NCBI GenBank assembly: GCA_000002445.1
Contig: CP000068.1
Coordinates: 1,152,001-1,216,000, forward strand
Length of the DNA stretch: 64,000 nt
Direction: 5' to 3'
Source: Trypanosoma brucei
Lineage: Eukaryota
Below the pieces are notes generated by a model. That model saw nothing but the letters and a program-made list of their open reading frames with translations. It had not been told where the DNA came from and searched no databases. Positions 10,814 to 21,270 of the stretch are shown one piece after another. Both the position numbers and the translations under genes were made by a program. Within the stretch, counting starts at the first letter, position 1; every line of letters begins with the position of its first letter.

Positions 10814-11485
10814 GTGGTGGAACGTGGTGGTATTGTGAGGCTGAATATGCCAAAGCGGTCCAGGTCGGTATTACATGCGTACGTACTTCCTCCCAAACGC
10901 TTCAAAGTTATCGATGGGGACGGCACCACACAGAGAGCAGAAGGAGCTCTGCATTACGCTGAGCGTGCCGATGGTGGTGTTCATCAGGGGCGCATTACTG
11001 CAGGAATCTGCGGAGGTGCGCGTAATGTTGCAGCCGCAGCTTTTGGAAGTAATGTTATGAGGGAAGATGATGCTTCCGTATCGGCTGCTCCCTCTTCGTG
11101 CGTGGAGTGGCAAGATTGGAATCAGCGAAACCATTTTGATGTTGACAACTATGAAGTGGAGGAGGAAGGAGCTGCTTGTATTTTAATGGAGTGCGAGGGA
11201 AACGAAGTTGTCTCCCCGCTACCATCTTATCAGGTGGTGCAACAACATCCTAATTGGTTGGAACGCGCCGTCATGCTTGCGCGCCATAGCATTAAAGGTG
11301 CAGCAGCTCAACGCAGGAAGGGCGTTTGTGGTGGTGTTTGCATTGCCACACTTCCAGATCCTTCCTGTGTTTGTCTTGACGCAATCAGTGAAGAGGAACA
11401 GAAATGTTCGTCCGCTGTTGCAACAATTGCCGCTGCTTTTTACGGAATGCCACAAGAAACAAGTTCGGATCGCTTTGTCTTGTGA
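10814..11485 (+). CDS. Hypothetical protein (alternative start 10847, MPKRSRS...).
   Basis: A 223-codon ORF on the coding strand of the polycistron, with protein-like composition and Cys-rich segments (CGGVCIATLPDPSCVCLD). No family recognised. Confidence 0.4.
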   Translation: MVERGGIVRLNMPKRSRSVLHAYVLPPKRFKVIDGDGTTQRAEGALHYAERADGGVHQGRITAGICGGARNVAAAAFGSNVMREDDASVSAAPSSCVEWQDWNQRNHFDVDNYEVEEEGAACILMECEGNEVVSPLPSYQVVQQHPNWLERAVMLARHSIKGAAAQRRKGVCGGVCIATLPDPSCVCLDAISEEEQKCSSAVATIAAAFYGMPQETSSDRFVL

Positions 11486-12435
11486 TTGTTTTTCATCCTT
11501 TGCGCGCTAACCTCCCGGTGTGTGCGCGCACTTCACAGTTCTATTGAGGTTTCAACAGTGTTGAAGCGCATCACATTTCTTTTTATTCGTTTTGAATTTG
11601 TATATACATCTCAAGTACACATGTACGTGGGTGTATATGGGTAAGTTTGGGTGGGACTTTTTTTGAAAAACTTTTCTCCCCTATATTGCAACAACCAGAG
11701 GTGGTGGCAAAGGGAATTTTGCCGCCTGATATTTTTTTGCTGATTACACTAAATTTCGTTCATTGCATTGAAAACTTTTTTCTTTGTTATGGTATGCCTT
11801 TCTTTTCTCGAGTGTTTTTCACTTTAGTGTTACAGCTACGAGTTACAATAACTCACAGACATTTTTTTTATTCATTTCACGGGGTCAGGGAGCCGAATAC
11901 AGGGATTTTCACCGCACTGTCGTTTCAGCTGCTCTGTTTGAAGTTACGCGGGTACACGCAGTGGGACGAATGATGCTTTTCATGGTTTTGTGAGTGGCTA
12001 ATTTTTATTTTATTTTTGTTGTCATGTGTTCTCTTCGAGGGTACGCGCATGTTTTGTTTTTAATTTTTTTTTTTTTACATCATTTGTTACGCTCTCTCTC
12101 CTCGCGTTTGTGTGCGTGTGTGTATGGATGTGGGTACTGATGTCGGTTGGAAGTTTCCTTTGCTCAGATTATCTTTTTATCTTGCTCTTCTTTTATAACT
12201 AATGACGATATTAGTGGCTGTGGCTTTATCACAGCCGTACGTAACGGGAACACAAGGAAAACAACTCCATATACATACAACAATTATTATTATTAATTTT
12301 TGTTTTTACAAATAGACTAAAGATATTACATAGAAGCTATTCTGTCCATAGAGGGGCTGCACCCATAGAACGTAAACGTTGTGTACACAGGTACTAACGG
12401 GAGAAAAAAGCAATTGGATTGACGCGTCCAAAGCC

Positions 12436-14169
12436 ATGGCGGCCCTTGTGGAAGACATGGAGTCGCTTCGTAAGCGGCTGCAGCTGAGCGAGGAATGGAA
12501 CTTGCGACTTCAGAGCCAAATACAGGAATTGTTACAACTCCCACATAATGAGGTGGAGACGCTTAGAAGTAGGATGTATAACCCCGACATTGCCATCCCT
12601 CTTCTACAGTGTTATGATGCCACCATTCTAGAGAAACAAGATGAAAATGAAAAGCTCCAGCAGGAAAACCACCGGCTGAGGAGCCGTTTGCAAGAGATGA
12701 CTACCAACGTGGCCGAAATGCAGGAAGCGGTGCAAACCGCGGAAGATTTGATGAAGGAGAAAGAGGTGGAGTCACAACGCCAGCAGCGTTGCATCGACGA
12801 TGTACGACTGCAAGCTGAGCACGAGTGCGCGAAAGCACGCCAAGATTTGTCAAGAGCACTGGAAACGGAGGGAAATATGAAACGGGAGGTGAAGCAGATG
12901 CAACGGCAGCTCGCCGCCGCCCAAGAAGAAGTGGTTCAGCGTCAGCGCGAGGTTGCAACACTGGAAGAGACATTGAGACTCACGCAGAGCCGACTAAAGT
13001 TGGCTTCGAGCGAAAAGGAAGAGACACAGCAACAGCACGAGGTTCAGCGCATACAACTGCAGTTGCTCAGCAAGGAGAATGAGGACAAGATGCAAGAACT
13101 GGAGCGGTTACGGAGCAGAATGGTGCAATCTCTTCGGCAGGCCGCTGAAAACCACGCAGCGCACATGCGGATCGTAGAGGAGAAACACCGTGAAGCACTT
13201 GAGGGGCTTCGAATGCAACTGACCACTCAGGAACTCGAAACCCAAAAGTTACGTGCTCAGCTTGCACGTGTGGATACCAGTGGTGGGGGAAGCAAGTATG
13301 AAATTGCTACACGGACAACCACGGAACTTCTAGAGTCGCAAGCGCGGCAGGCGCAGGAGATTGAATTAAAGCGCCTTTACGCCGAACTCTCGGCTGTTCA
13401 AATTCAAAGAGATGACGCCCAGCTACGTTATGAGCAACTATCCAGTAACCTACGGAGAGAGGAAGCAGAGCGTACGAGTGAGATGCAGAGGGGAATGCAG
13501 CAGCTACGGAGCAAGTTACGTGAACTTGAGCAGCAGCATGAACAACTTGAGAAGGAACACGCGCGTGTGAAGGAAGAGGTACGTGTGCTACGAGAGAAAA
13601 GCAAGAGCCATGCGGGTGATCTCCAGCGTGCACGGCAGGAAAGGGATCAATCAACAAAAAGGGCAGAGGAACTACGGCGTGCGCTCTCGTCAGCCGAGGA
13701 GGCGTGTGAGACAGCAAAGCGTGAAGGAAAAGAAGGGGTTGCACGGGAACGGCAGCGTATGGAGGAGCAGTCACGGCGCAGTGAAGAAGTGTTACGTGAG
13801 TTGCAGATGTCAAAAGAACGGACGGTTGCGGCGATGAACGCGGTAGAACTGCAACGTGACGATGAGAGGCATAAGCTTGTAGCGGCAAACGAGCGACTAG
13901 AGGCGTTGCAGTTACGTCTGGATGCTCGTGAGCGTGAGACGGAAGTGCTGAACTCAAAATTAAGCCACATGCAGGAGGCGGTGCGGTTGAATCAGCAACA
14001 GGCGGTTGCGTGCGATGAGCGGGTTCAGCAGCTATTGGCACAGGATGAAGAGAAATCGAAGCAGTTAAGAGAGTTAAAGTTGTTGGTAGAGCGCCTCAAA
14101 TTGGAAAGCGCTCGCGCAACGCGTGCACATGACCGACTCCTGGAAGAAGTGAATGTCCGACTCCATTAG
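12436..14169 (+). CDS. Coiled-coil protein, hypothetical.
   Basis: About 575 residues of E/Q/R/L-rich heptad-like sequence (e.g. LQLSEEWNLRLQSQIQELLQ..., LRSKLRELEQQHEQLEKEHARVKEEV). First ATG at 12436 (MAALVEDMESL). The antisense ORF 13307-14041 is a shadow. Confidence 0.6.
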   Translation: MAALVEDMESLRKRLQLSEEWNLRLQSQIQELLQLPHNEVETLRSRMYNPDIAIPLLQCYDATILEKQDENEKLQQENHRLRSRLQEMTTNVAEMQEAVQTAEDLMKEKEVESQRQQRCIDDVRLQAEHECAKARQDLSRALETEGNMKREVKQMQRQLAAAQEEVVQRQREVATLEETLRLTQSRLKLASSEKEETQQQHEVQRIQLQLLSKENEDKMQELERLRSRMVQSLRQAAENHAAHMRIVEEKHREALEGLRMQLTTQELETQKLRAQLARVDTSGGGSKYEIATRTTTELLESQARQAQEIELKRLYAELSAVQIQRDDAQLRYEQLSSNLRREEAERTSEMQRGMQQLRSKLRELEQQHEQLEKEHARVKEEVRVLREKSKSHAGDLQRARQERDQSTKRAEELRRALSSAEEACETAKREGKEGVARERQRMEEQSRRSEEVLRELQMSKERTVAAMNAVELQRDDERHKLVAANERLEALQLRLDARERETEVLNSKLSHMQEAVRLNQQQAVACDERVQQLLAQDEEKSKQLRELKLLVERLKLESARATRAHDRLLEEVNVRLH

Positions 14170-14189
14170 TACTTTAGAAGTTAGTTTGA

Positions 14190-14217
14190 CATATATATAT
14201 ATATATATATATATATA
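14190..14217. repeat. (TA)n microsatellite.
   Basis: atatatatatatatatatatatatatat, directly 3' of the coiled-coil gene. Confidence 0.9.
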
Positions 14218-14423
14218 CGTATGTGTATGCGCATTTGATGTTGCTTGTTTGGGGAAGTGTTTGTTGTCCCCCATCATTATTTTTTCAAAAGTTTTATTTT
14301 TGCGTGTTTGCTGGTGTTTTGTGCGTGCACTGGGTCCAAGAAGACGATATGTTGTTATTTTGTTTGTGTTTGTGAACCTCCTCTTGCCAGACTACTGTTA
14401 CGCCTAGAGAAAATTCATCAAAA

Positions 14424-14903
14424 ATGGAGGATTCCTCAGTGAGTTCTTCACTGGGTTTAGGTTCTGTAGATGGTGGATGCGTGGGGGCATCTCCGGAATG
14501 CCGTATAACCGCAAAGCAGTGGAATGCGGTGGCGGTGTGGTCCTGGAATGCTCAAATGGATGCATGTCCCATTTGTAAGGGTCCTGTTGCAGATATGTGT
14601 ATTGAATGCCGAGGCAACGCAGGCAGTGCAAGGCGTCAAAATGCGGTTAGCCAGAACTACAACAACGATGAGGATGAAAACCGTAATAACAAACGAAGTG
14701 AATTTGGTACCAGTAAAGTTCAGCAACCGCCGTCGTCGTCTTCATGCAGTGATAACGCAGCGGATGAGTGCCTTGTCGTGTGGGGCGCATGCGGGCACGT
14801 GTTTCATCATCACTGCATTTCAAGGTGGGCGCAGCAACGGCCGCTGTGTCCCATTTGTGGTTGTAAGTGGGCGGTGTCCAAAACCGCAAAGAATGATTAC
14901 TAA
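14424..14903 (+). CDS. RBX1: RBX1/ROC1-type RING-box (RING-H2) protein with a ~35-residue Asn/Asp/Ser-rich insertion.
   Basis: 'WNAVAVWSWNAQMDACPICKG...DMCIECRGNAGSA' then 'DECLVVWGACGHVFHHHCISRWAQQRPLCPICGCKW' matches my recollection of human RBX1 ([70 protein letters not shown]). The insert 'RRQNAVSQNYNNDEDENRNNKRSEFGTSKVQQPPSSSSCSDNAA' separates the zinc-ligand clusters. Confidence 0.75.
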   Translation: MEDSSVSSSLGLGSVDGGCVGASPECRITAKQWNAVAVWSWNAQMDACPICKGPVADMCIECRGNAGSARRQNAVSQNYNNDEDENRNNKRSEFGTSKVQQPPSSSSCSDNAADECLVVWGACGHVFHHHCISRWAQQRPLCPICGCKWAVSKTAKNDY

Positions 14904-15367
14904 GCATCTTGTTGCTGTACACATGTGATGTGTCGCATAATAAGTTAGTGGTGTCATTAACATTGGCTATATACCCTGGTATATCATAAATTTTTACTCT
15001 GTTTCCACCATCACTTTACGGTTGCGTGTGTTTGGGCTTGCGACACCACCTACATATACTGATCAAGTGTTTTCGCTTCGGTTCTTTCAATTTTATTGTT
15101 AATGTACGTTAATTTCTCTTGGCAGCGTCAGCAAAGAAACAGATAGCGACCGCGGTAAGGCTTTCGAAAGTGTCGGTCAAGGTTAGTTAAGCACCACTGT
15201 ATCGTTCAGTTGACGGTGTGTATTACATTATTTGGGCTTTGCTACAACCTGTCAGGTGCATAGCGCCTTTCTTTGTGTCGAAGCGAAGTTCCTTTTACAA
15301 CCAGGATACGTGTGTGCGTGAAAGCGCGTTATTTATTTATTAATTTTTTATTTCTTTTAGGAGGCTA

Positions 15368-15688
15368 ATGAGTAATACAAATTCGTCTGGGTGCATGGAT
15401 GTAAGCATTCCTGTCACACTGAGGGGAGCCGCTCTTTTTTGCACGCACGAACATTCAGAACTGCAATCAATATTGTGCCTCATTTGCAGGGCTCATCTCG
15501 CTGATCACTGCGTCCATTGTTCCACATCTTCTGGTTTCTCGCTTCCTACCTCAGACTGCCTGGTTGTGAAAGGGGAGTGCGGGCATAAATTTCACGCTCA
15601 TTGTATAGGGGACTGGGGCGAGCAACATCAAGTTTGCCCAGCATGCCGTAAGCAATGGGTCGCTGCTGAACGTATTGCACGTTCGTAA
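15368..15688 (+). CDS. Divergent RING-box (RBX/APC11-like RING-H2) paralogue. It lacks the N-terminal Trp-rich strand that inserts into cullins.
   Basis: 'CLICRAHLADHCVHCSTSS...DCLVVKGECGHKFHAHCIGDWGEQHQVCPACRKQW' keeps the C3H2C3 spacing of RBX1/APC11, including the internal Cys/His of the third zinc site. There is no WNAVAxWxW segment. It lies 465 bp downstream of the RBX1-like gene. Confidence 0.55.
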   Translation: MSNTNSSGCMDVSIPVTLRGAALFCTHEHSELQSILCLICRAHLADHCVHCSTSSGFSLPTSDCLVVKGECGHKFHAHCIGDWGEQHQVCPACRKQWVAAERIARS

Positions 15689-15943
15689 TCGACTCCTCTT
15701 TCAAATCCACGCCAGTTCTTTCCATGTCTTTCGGCAATAGTCACTGTAGAATGTAATTTGCTGGTGATGTTTCCCTCTTTTTTTTTTCTCGTTAAGCTGC
15801 TCTATTTCTTTGCAATCTCAATGAATTTGTTTCTTCCTTTTGTATTTGCATTAGTCGAGTAATATGTTTCTCTTCTCTCGCTCTCTTGAGGAGTTTGGTT
15901 TGTGCTGGAAGCCCATTCGACACACTTTGTTCTCTTTGCTATG

Positions 15944-15946
<3 letters not shown>

Positions 15947-15976
<30 letters not shown>
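15947..15976. repeat. (GT)15 microsatellite.
   Basis: gtgtgtgtgtgtgtgtgtgtgtgtgtgtgt, in the RBX-paralogue to PPIL4 intergenic region. Confidence 0.9.
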
Positions 15977-15977
<1 letters not shown>

Positions 15978-16253
15978 AACCAAAAAAAATCATGAAAGTC
16001 TACGTTCGAGTGGATAGCAGTGGAAATGGTGTGGGAAAATTCACCAAAAAGAAAAGAGCGAGGGAATGCAAAAGTTTCTGAGGGGGATTTTTTTTTAAAA
16101 AAAAGGGCACGCAATTGTCTTCACTGTAACTGTTGCAACATTTGTACCGTAAGTGGTGATTGGACAAAATGCTCTTCACGTTCTTTTCCTTCTCGCTCTT
16201 TCAAAAAAAAAAATTGGTCGCTTTGTGTTGCTTCGCCTAAAGTGTTATAATCA

Positions 16254-17816
16254 ATGCCAAGTTCGTCGTTGTCGAGTCCCCATCCTCTCGTTACTGCAGC
16301 AATTCTTCTTGAAACGTCTCTGGGAGAACTTGTAGTTGATTTGTATGGCGCAGATTGTCCCGTAGCCACGGCGGAGCTCGTGAACTTGTGCCGCTGCAAG
16401 TACTTCAACGGCTGCATAGCTACCGAAGTAGTACCAGATAATGTCATGATATTGGCCCACCCAGTTGAGGAATTACGGCGGCAGACATTTGCTTCGCTTC
16501 TTGAAGCGAGTGGTCAATGTCATCAACTAGGGGGCGATACGGCATCAGATGGGCGTGCGGTGAAACAATTAATATATAATGAATGGAAACGGATGCGAAG
16601 GCACACCGCACAGTTAAGGCGCAACAGTGGTGCTAGCGGAAAAGCTGAAGCGGGCCGTTTGGAGTTTGTCCCCCAGTCAGCCTCGAATGCCGTTGGGGCG
16701 ATACGCCGTAGTGGACTTTTATTACTGGAGGTTCCAAAAGTGGACGGTGGAGGCAGTAATGATGAAGTTTCTCCAAAGATGCAACTACTTATTACCCTCA
16801 GCAACCGTCACCAAGACTATTTCGAAGATAACTTTATGGTGTTAGGTGAAGTGCGTGAAGGAAATAATGTCGTGGAGAAGATGCGTGTAGCACCACACAG
16901 ACGGTTGACATCTGTGTCCGGAATCACGACCCGGCCGTCTCGACTTATACGAATTAGGCACATGACCGTCTTGCCCACGGCTGGGACTGATGCTTTTGCT
17001 GATATCTCGCACCGGGACAGGAGGAAGACAATGGAAGAAAATAATCTCTCTTCCCGTCTGGCACAGGTTGGTTGCTTTCGTCATTGGGCAACGCTGGGGG
17101 CAGTGCAGGCAGCAAACAAAGGCCTCGTTTCGTTACTTAAAAGAGAAGCTTCCAAAAGCACTGCCCGTAAAGGTAGGAAGGGTTCCAGCGATGAAACGGA
17201 GTCATTCAGTGGGTGTGAGTTTCTTGTTATTCCCGAAGACTCTGCACAAGGGGGCGCCCGCAATTTTCCCAACCATGATACGAACAATGGGGATGATTAC
17301 GACATTTTGTCGGTGAAGTATAATTCACATTTTCATGGCGACTATCTTAGTTCTGACGATGATACTGACGGGGATGGCAATTTTGGGTCCCGTAAGGAGC
17401 GTGAGAAACGACAGCAGGAAAAAATGCGCCTCCATCAGGACAAGCTTAACGAAACTCGTGCACTCACGCTGAACCTACTTGATGGTATTGGGGATGCATC
17501 CGGTGAGCTGAAGCCGGAGGGAAACGTACTGTTTGTGTGCAGACTAAATCCACTAACAACGAGTGAAGGTTTGGAAATGTGTTTTTCTCAGTTTGGTAAG
17601 GTTAAGTCGGTGCAGGTGATACGGGACTCCAAGACGGGGGATTCATTATGCTATGGGTTCGTTGAATTTGCTGATGAAGAGACATGCTATAGAGCACATC
17701 AGAAGATGGACAACGCACTCATTGACGATCGGCGCATTCATGTGGATTTCTCTCAATCCGTTTCAAAACTATGGATGGAGAAGCAACGTGAATTGCGCAA
17801 GAGGGTGCGCCAATAA
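16254..17816 (+). CDS. PPIL4: PPIL4-like protein: a degenerate, split cyclophilin-type domain followed by a C-terminal RRM.
   Basis: The N-terminus '[40 protein letters not shown]' matches PPIL4 as I recall it ('[39 protein letters not shown]'). The C-terminus '[80 protein letters not shown]' is near-identical to the PPIL4 RRM ('[80 protein letters not shown]'). Confidence 0.8.
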   Translation: [520 protein letters not shown]

Positions 17817-18070
17817 AGTTAAAATGATTCTCTTCCGTTAACTCATACCTTTGCAGCTGAATGAAAATGACCAGTGAGAGAAGAGTAGCTTTGTTGCACT
17901 CGTTGCATATCCCATTCCCTTCATCGCGGTATTGTGATCATGATCGTTGTCCACGCTGGCATTTTCAAGGATGTGACTTCATTCAGTCAATTTATTTCGT
18001 GCTCTCTCTTTCCTCCTCATTATGGTTGTAGTAGGGCACGTTTTCTCCCCTTCCCCTTCACGAATAAAAC

Positions 18071-19555
18071 ATGCACAGAGCCGCGTATGCACTGGGGGAC
18101 TCATGTGCCAAAGAAACGGCTGCGGGTGCGGCAGGTGGTACCACCGCATTCAGCCGCAAGTCCCAGCGACGCCAAGTTTTAAAGGCACCTGCATTCGTAA
18201 GCAGCGATAACATCAGAACTAGCACATCAATCAGCCTTAGAGACGAAGCAGTGCGTCGCATGGAATCGTTTGTGTTGAACGTTATTTATGAAATTGTGAC
18301 TTATCAAGGGATGAAATATGAGAGACAGCGAAAGGGAGATGCGCAACATCCAGCTGATGCCGCACTCCGATCCGAAGATGGGGACGATGCATGCGAGTTG
18401 AGATCCCCGGAGCGACAACCATCCGGTCCCAACCTCCTGACGGTATCGTCACAGCAACAACAATTGCCCCGACTGCGGCTATTACGTCAACAGCTATTGG
18501 TTCTTCGTCACCTCTATGCTAATGTTCAACTTGGTGTTATATGCACGCAGCGGGACGTTTATTACCGGCTGGTTCGGTTTTTTCCGGATCAGGGCTGTGT
18601 CAACCGTGTCATTCAACAACTAGTCCAACAACTCGGTTTGCCTCGACAGCTGTTGGGTGTTGTTCCGGGAACACGCGGTTGTGTAGGCGGTTCATTAAGC
18701 TTCCACGGAATTGATTTACGGCGGTACTCGTCTGAGGGTCTTCCATTACCTGTTCTACGGGAGGAACTAAGTGTTGTGTGGCGCCCGAAACATGAATGTG
18801 AGTCAATACCCGTCCATTCCCCTGATGATATTGAAGGATTTGAACTTCACAACGACATACGCTACATTATTGTTGTGGAAAAGCATGCAGTGTTTTTTCG
18901 GCTGATGGAAGAAAAAATATTTGATCGGGTTTCGTGCGTTTTATTAACCTCCCATGGGTTTCCCACCGCTGCAGCTTTGACGCTGCTTTCAAATTTGCAT
19001 CGGACGGCAACAGATGTTGGTGTACCTGTCGTCGCACTGGTTGACTATAACCCCAGTGGGCTTTCAATTCTCCAACAGTACAAACATGACACGGGACGGA
19101 TTCAAGAAAACCGTTATGCTTCCGTTCACTCACTACGATGGTTAGGTTTGCGTGGATGCCACGTTTTGCATGATGGGAGTACTGAAGTAGCGGATTCTCA
19201 ATGTTTGTCATCAGGAATTCATGCGGGTGATGCGGTGGGTCATATACCGCGTGTTGCTCGCCTACCATTCCAGCCGTTTACTCAACGCGATGATGTTATG
19301 ATTTCAAACATTATTGCAAGATGGGCCGCTATTTGGAAGGGATGTGACGATGGCGAAGATGCGCAGCGTGTGTGGTTTAGAGAAGCCCAAATAATGCAGA
19401 CGTCACGTGTTAAGGTGGAGTTGGAGGCGATCTATGAGTGTAGTGCAAGTGGCCCATACGAACCTACGCAAAAAGGATTTTCCTCACAATCTTTACATAA
19501 AGGCAGCTTCTCTACGTGGGTGTGTAGGGGATTATTTAGGCGGGACTACATTTAG
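18071..19555 (+). CDS. SPO11: SPO11 / topoisomerase VI subunit A homologue (meiotic DSB transesterase). The alternative start at 18260 (MESFVLN...) gives ~431 aa.
   Basis: Catalytic-Tyr region 'GVICTQRDVYYRLVRFF', 'IIVVEKHAVFFRLMEE' (conserved Glu) and Toprim 'VPVVALVDYNPSGLSILQQY'. The N-terminal ~60 codons are Ala/Ser-rich and may be 5' UTR. Only 255 bp separate this ORF from the upstream gene if the 18071 start is used. Confidence 0.75.
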   Translation: MHRAAYALGDSCAKETAAGAAGGTTAFSRKSQRRQVLKAPAFVSSDNIRTSTSISLRDEAVRRMESFVLNVIYEIVTYQGMKYERQRKGDAQHPADAALRSEDGDDACELRSPERQPSGPNLLTVSSQQQQLPRLRLLRQQLLVLRHLYANVQLGVICTQRDVYYRLVRFFPDQGCVNRVIQQLVQQLGLPRQLLGVVPGTRGCVGGSLSFHGIDLRRYSSEGLPLPVLREELSVVWRPKHECESIPVHSPDDIEGFELHNDIRYIIVVEKHAVFFRLMEEKIFDRVSCVLLTSHGFPTAAALTLLSNLHRTATDVGVPVVALVDYNPSGLSILQQYKHDTGRIQENRYASVHSLRWLGLRGCHVLHDGSTEVADSQCLSSGIHAGDAVGHIPRVARLPFQPFTQRDDVMISNIIARWAAIWKGCDDGEDAQRVWFREAQIMQTSRVKVELEAIYECSASGPYEPTQKGFSSQSLHKGSFSTWVCRGLFRRDYI

Positions 19556-19572
19556 CTCTGAGGAAATAAAAT

Positions 19573-19598
19573 AATATATATATATATATATATATATA
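19573..19598. repeat. (TA)13 microsatellite.
   Basis: atatatatatatatatatatatatat, 3' of SPO11. Confidence 0.9.
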
Positions 19599-21270
19599 CG
19601 CATCACCTCTTGGACACGGTGGAAGCTAAATGTTTTTCCCCTCCCACTCCTCCTTGCTGAGAATGCTTCTGTTGGAACCGTGTGGGCCATAGGGAACGGC
19701 CTGTGACGCTTTGCGTCCACCTCTTTTTTTTAAAAAAAAACATAGCTTGTATTGTTGTTCTCGTTTATTTATTTATTGTGTTTTATTTCGTTTGCTGTTC
19801 CTGCATGTGTGCAGTTTGTTCGTTACGTGTTTGGTTGCTTTATGACTCTCTAATATAGTTTTTTTGCGCATGAATATATTTTATTGTTCTTCTTTAGTAA
19901 GTAAATGCATATTCATATGCGTGTAAATAATTCACATGATTTATCTGACGTGTTGGTTTCAAGGCATTGTTGTCCCTTTCCGCCGTCGGTTCGCTCAATC
20001 TGTGCGACTCTTGTTCTGGTTATTATTTTTATTGTTATTATTATTATTAATATTATTTTTTACGGTGGTGTGAATATTTTTCCTTATACTCGATACTTCG
20101 TTGCCCTCATGTGATGAGTTGTTGGCAGTGCTGCATCGGAAATTATTTTTATAGTGAGCATGTTCTCATTCCTTATGGGCTTTCATAGTGATTAAAAAAA
20201 TAAAACGACAACTTAATGCCAGGAAGCGGCTGCATGTGATGTCAAAGGACTTCAAAGTTTTTGATGGAACTACGGAAATAACTTTAAAACAGAACATATA
20301 AAATAATTATATTGTCACTGGTTGGCTGAAATCGGAGTAGTGTAACCGTCATTTTGCCTTCGAACCCTTTCGTTACTTTATCAACCTCCCAATTCAGTAT
20401 ACGAAATTGATGTTTTTTATTGCAACACATGACGTGATGTGTGATATGCACGGTGACAAACTTGCCGCGAAGTTAAACTTTGGCCATTTCACATGCACAG
20501 CCTGCGATTGCCTTGGAATTGTGATTGATACATATATATATATATATTTATTTACTTATGTATGTGGAAGGCATCGTGTTGTTTCGCTGGAGTGTTGTGG
20601 TTTTTGGTGCAGGTTGTGTTTCTCCTCCTCGGCACTAAAGTCGCCACCTTTTTTTTCTTGTGTTTCTCTGCTTTATTTTTTTTTGTATGAAGATATGGAG
20701 CTAAAACCTCTTAAGGAGTTACGATTATCACAGGGACAGTGTAAAATGAAGGTGTCGTTTGCTTTCCATTTATTAAACAGAAGAAATTATGTTTCCCGCC
20801 CCCTTTCACCCATATCATGGAGATACCGAATAATGAATATTTCTCATTGACAAACCAGTGTAGCTCATACAAACAAAAAAAAATGTGCCTTTCCTCAACA
20901 GACATTCGCGACTGAAATCACTAATGTACAATTTGTTTATCCTTTTACAATTAGCAGAACAGCAGAAGACTTACAATGGGAAAAAGAAGAGATTTAGAGA
21001 AAAAGTATATATATCACTTAGAGTTACACTGAGATTTTCTTGAAGGTGTTGCAACAATATTAGCACTAGGGACCAGTTAAAAGTTCCTTTCTCGTTGAAC
21101 CCTTTCGCTCTTAAATGCTAACATTATTATCTTCTCTCTTTTTTCTATTTTTTAAATTTTTGTTAGTTGCGTTGAGCTTAGTAGGAGTTCGTCGTTACAC
21201 GGAGAGACGTGCGTTGCCATTTTTGTTTTGAAGAAATATAATTATTAACAAAAAAAAACTCGGGCACCTT

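Noticed and set aside
13307-14041. 244-codon minus-strand ORF, Ala/Pro/His-rich, antisense to the coiled-coil gene.
   Set aside because: It is a shadow ORF of a GC- and codon-biased coiled-coil gene. It is low-complexity, on the non-coding strand of the polycistron, and has no motifs.
20407-20850. 147-codon + strand ORF in the 1.7-kb SPO11-downstream intergenic region.
   Set aside because: The region is AT-rich and microsatellite-containing. The translation is low-complexity (FFSCVSLLYFFLYED), and there is no domain. It is probably spurious.
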